A stretch of DNA of 64,000 bases from Alphaproteobacteria bacterium (lineage in GTDB: Bacteria > Pseudomonadota > Alphaproteobacteria > UBA2966). Shown one piece after another: positions 61,783 to 64,000 of the stretch. The position numbers and the translations under genes were made by a program. A model generated the notes under the pieces. The model ran no database searches. It saw nothing but the letters and a program-made list of their open reading frames with translations, and had not been told where the DNA came from. Position 1 is the stretch's first letter. The number at the start of each line of letters is the position of its first letter. Location of the stretch: the NCBI GenBank assembly GCA_964291395.2, contig OZ219856.1:2336001-2400000 (forward strand), read 5' to 3'.

Positions 61783-62116
61783 ATCAACTCTCCACGGTGC
61801 CGATCGGGATCGTCGGTTGTACCCAGCATTAGCATCGGGGTTTAAAGGACGATGGCGCAGAGCCGCGCGTCACCCGGCCGGACTGCAAATACCGTGGCCT
61901 CGCACACCGTCAGCGTACGATCCGGCCGGACGACCTCGCTCCGGCAACCTGCGCTTCTCACTTGCCCGGCGCGACGAGAGCTCGACCCTGCCGGGCCGCA
62001 CCGTCGTCGGTTCCGTTCCGATACGGTGCATAAAGGCTTGGCGGTCGAAGCCGTTCCGGATGCGCGCTTCGAAGGTTGGATTCCGCGGTGTACAGGCGTT
62101 CATCGAATCGAACCGT

Positions 62117-63490
62117 TCACAGCAAGAACCAGGCCCCGAGCCCGAGGAAAGCGAAGAAACCGACCACGTCGGTCACGGTAGTCACGAATACAGTGGCCGC
62201 CACGGCAGGATCGATGCCGAACCGGTCGAAGCCCAAGGGAATGAGGATCCCGGCCAGTGCCGCGACGATCATGTTGATGATCATAGCAATAGCGATCACG
62301 CCCCCGAGCGCGATGCCACCGAACCAGACAGCGGCGATCGCCGCGACGAGGGCGGCGAACAGCACTCCATTGACGAAGCCGACGACCAACTCCTTGCTGA
62401 CGATGCGAAAGGCGTTGGTCACGGTCAGATCGCGGGTCGCCAGGGCGCGGACCGTAACCGTCATGGTCTGGGTCCCCGCGTTACCGCCCATGGATGCGAC
62501 AATCGGCATCAGAATGGCCAGGGCCACGACTTGCTCGATGGTCGCCCCGAAGAGGGAGATCACGATCGAAGCGAGAACCGCCGTCCCCAAGTTCACCAGG
62601 AGCCACAGGAAACGCCGTTTGGTGGTCTCCGCGACGGTCCAGAATATGTCACTCTCGCCCACACCGGCGAGGCGCATGATGTCCTCTTCCGCCTCCTCGT
62701 GGATGACGTCGACCACGTCATCCACCATGATCGCACCGATCAGGCGGTTGGACTCGTCGACCACACCGGCGGAGGTGAGATCGTACTGCTGGAAGTGATA
62801 GGCCACCTCTTCCTGGTCCATCTCAGCCGGGATCAGGATAGGCTCCGACTCCATGATGTCGCCGATGAGAACCGGTCGCTTGGTGCGCATGGCGCGATAG
62901 AGGGGTACGGTCCCCATTGGACGATGAGACGGATCGATCACGAAGATCTCGTAGAACTCGTCCGGCAGGTCGTCGGTCTGACGCATGTAGTCGATGGTTT
63001 GACCGACCGTCCAATAGGCGGGGATCGCGACGAAATCGCGCTGCATGAGACGGCCCGCGCTGTCTTCGGGGAAGGCGAGGCCTGCCTCGATCTGAAGCCG
63101 CTCAAACGCGGGCAGGGCCCTCAGAACTTCTTGCTGATCCTCTTCGTCGAGGTCCTCGAGCACATCGATGGCATCATCGACATCAAGCTCGGCCAGTGCG
63201 GCGGCAACGTCCTTCGTCCCAAGGTGCTCAACGACGTCGTCCCGCAGAGCCTCGCCCAGGTAGGGCAAGACCTCAGAGGCGACCAGGCCACGGATGACGT
63301 CCACCAGAATACGACGCTCATCCGGTTCGAGTTGCTCCACGAGATCCGCAACATCGGCGGAGTGCAGAGGTTCCACCAGGGCCCGCACCCCGTCGAGGTC
63401 GTTTTCATCGATCGCTTGAATTACCGCCTGCACATGTTCCGGCGACAGGCCGAGCGGCTCTTCCAGAGGCGCCTCCGGTTCGTCCGCCAC
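62117..63490 (-). CDS. mgtE: Magnesium transporter MgtE
   Basis: Acidic N-domain, CBS pair, MPIVASMGGNAGTQ, DPAVA..FVTTVTDVVG; GTG 63490 with GGAGG RBS. Confidence 0.95.
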   Translation of the reverse strand: MADEPEAPLEEPLGLSPEHVQAVIQAIDENDLDGVRALVEPLHSADVADLVEQLEPDERRILVDVIRGLVASEVLPYLGEALRDDVVEHLGTKDVAAALAELDVDDAIDVLEDLDEEDQQEVLRALPAFERLQIEAGLAFPEDSAGRLMQRDFVAIPAYWTVGQTIDYMRQTDDLPDEFYEIFVIDPSHRPMGTVPLYRAMRTKRPVLIGDIMESEPILIPAEMDQEEVAYHFQQYDLTSAGVVDESNRLIGAIMVDDVVDVIHEEAEEDIMRLAGVGESDIFWTVAETTKRRFLWLLVNLGTAVLASIVISLFGATIEQVVALAILMPIVASMGGNAGTQTMTVTVRALATRDLTVTNAFRIVSKELVVGFVNGVLFAALVAAIAAVWFGGIALGGVIAIAMIINMIVAALAGILIPLGFDRFGIDPAVAATVFVTTVTDVVGFFAFLGLGAWFLL

Positions 63491-63667
63491 TTCCGCCTCC
63501 TGAACGCCGCGCGAAGCCGATAAGAGAACGCACCGGACTGGCCGATGGCCGCCGATGCCGGGCGGCATTATAGCGTTCGCATAGGCAAAAGCCCGTGCAA
63601 TCGCATCGACTTATGAACCTTTCGAAGAGCGCCAAGCCCGCGGCAATGCCACCTCGGACCCAAATGG

Positions 63668-63754
63668 TGGTGCGGTCGAGAAGACTCGAACTTCCACGGG
63701 CTCTCGCCCACAGCGACCTCAACGCTGCGCGTCTACCAGTTCCGCCACGACCGC
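63668..63754 (-). tRNA. tRNA-Leu(GAG)
   Basis: GCGGTCGTGGCGGAACTGGTAGACGCGCAGCGTTGAGGTCGCTGTGGGCGAGAGCCCGTGGAAGTTCGAGTCTTCTCGACCGCACCA: cloverleaf, long variable arm, encoded CCA. Confidence 0.96.
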
Positions 63755-63897
63755 TTCGCCGTTGGCCGGAGATACCAAATCACAACCCTGCACGCAAGGA
63801 CTGCCCTGTCGGTCCGTTGCGTATTGCGCGGAGATCCGCGCGAGCGGCGGCAGCGATCAGATCCGTGCCCGTGCTGCCGCACGACCTCCCCGACCCC

Positions 63898-64000
63898 TCA
63901 GGCGCCGGCCGCCCTCCGAAGCGCCGCCGCCGGACGAAACTTCAATACCTTCGAAGCCTTGATCCGTATCTGCTCCCCCGTCCGAGGATTGCGGCCCTTG
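63898..64000 (-). CDS. HU/IHF family DNA-binding protein, 3' end; partial at right edge
   Basis: KGRNPRTGEQIRIKASKVLKFRPAAALRRAAGA*. Confidence 0.88.
   Translation of the reverse strand, partial: KGRNPRTGEQIRIKASKVLKFRPAAALRRAAGA

Noticed and set aside
63600-63670. Integrative-element att site at the tRNA-Leu 3' end
   Set aside because: No integrase, no duplicated tRNA 3' fragment seen, and mgtE follows directly.

Overview
GC-rich chromosomal segment of an alphaproteobacterium, judged from pleD, DUF3572, eipB/DUF1849, clpS-clpA, DUF1489 and a VWA-DnaJ pair. A conserved backbone (slt ... rpmG, pleD, DUF3572, ROK kinase, eipB, RidA-GDPD-DUF482, clpA-clpS, dac, pgm-ugd-galU, DnaJ-VWA ... leucine catabolism, mgtE, tRNA-Leu(GAG), HU) is interrupted by accessory catabolic genes and gene debris. 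The strongest hidden signal is at 7250..8482. Two apparent ORFs there are one in-frame gene: a GrdB/PrdB-family selenoprotein with a UGA-encoded U-x-x-C motif, a well-formed bacterial SECIS hairpin right after the UGA and a long C-terminal extension. It has no Stickland reductase partners in the window and sits next to an orphan IS end. Other points: tandem hydantoinase-B paralogues (one with a -1 frameshift), divK missing from the pleD locus, a TonB-dependent-receptor island with an Abi/HEPN remnant, and a short GGGTC-N-GACCC palindromic repeat, one copy of which lies inside a coding tail. No CRISPR array, rRNA or intact transposase/integrase was seen. All calls come from reading the sequence by eye; no database searches were run.
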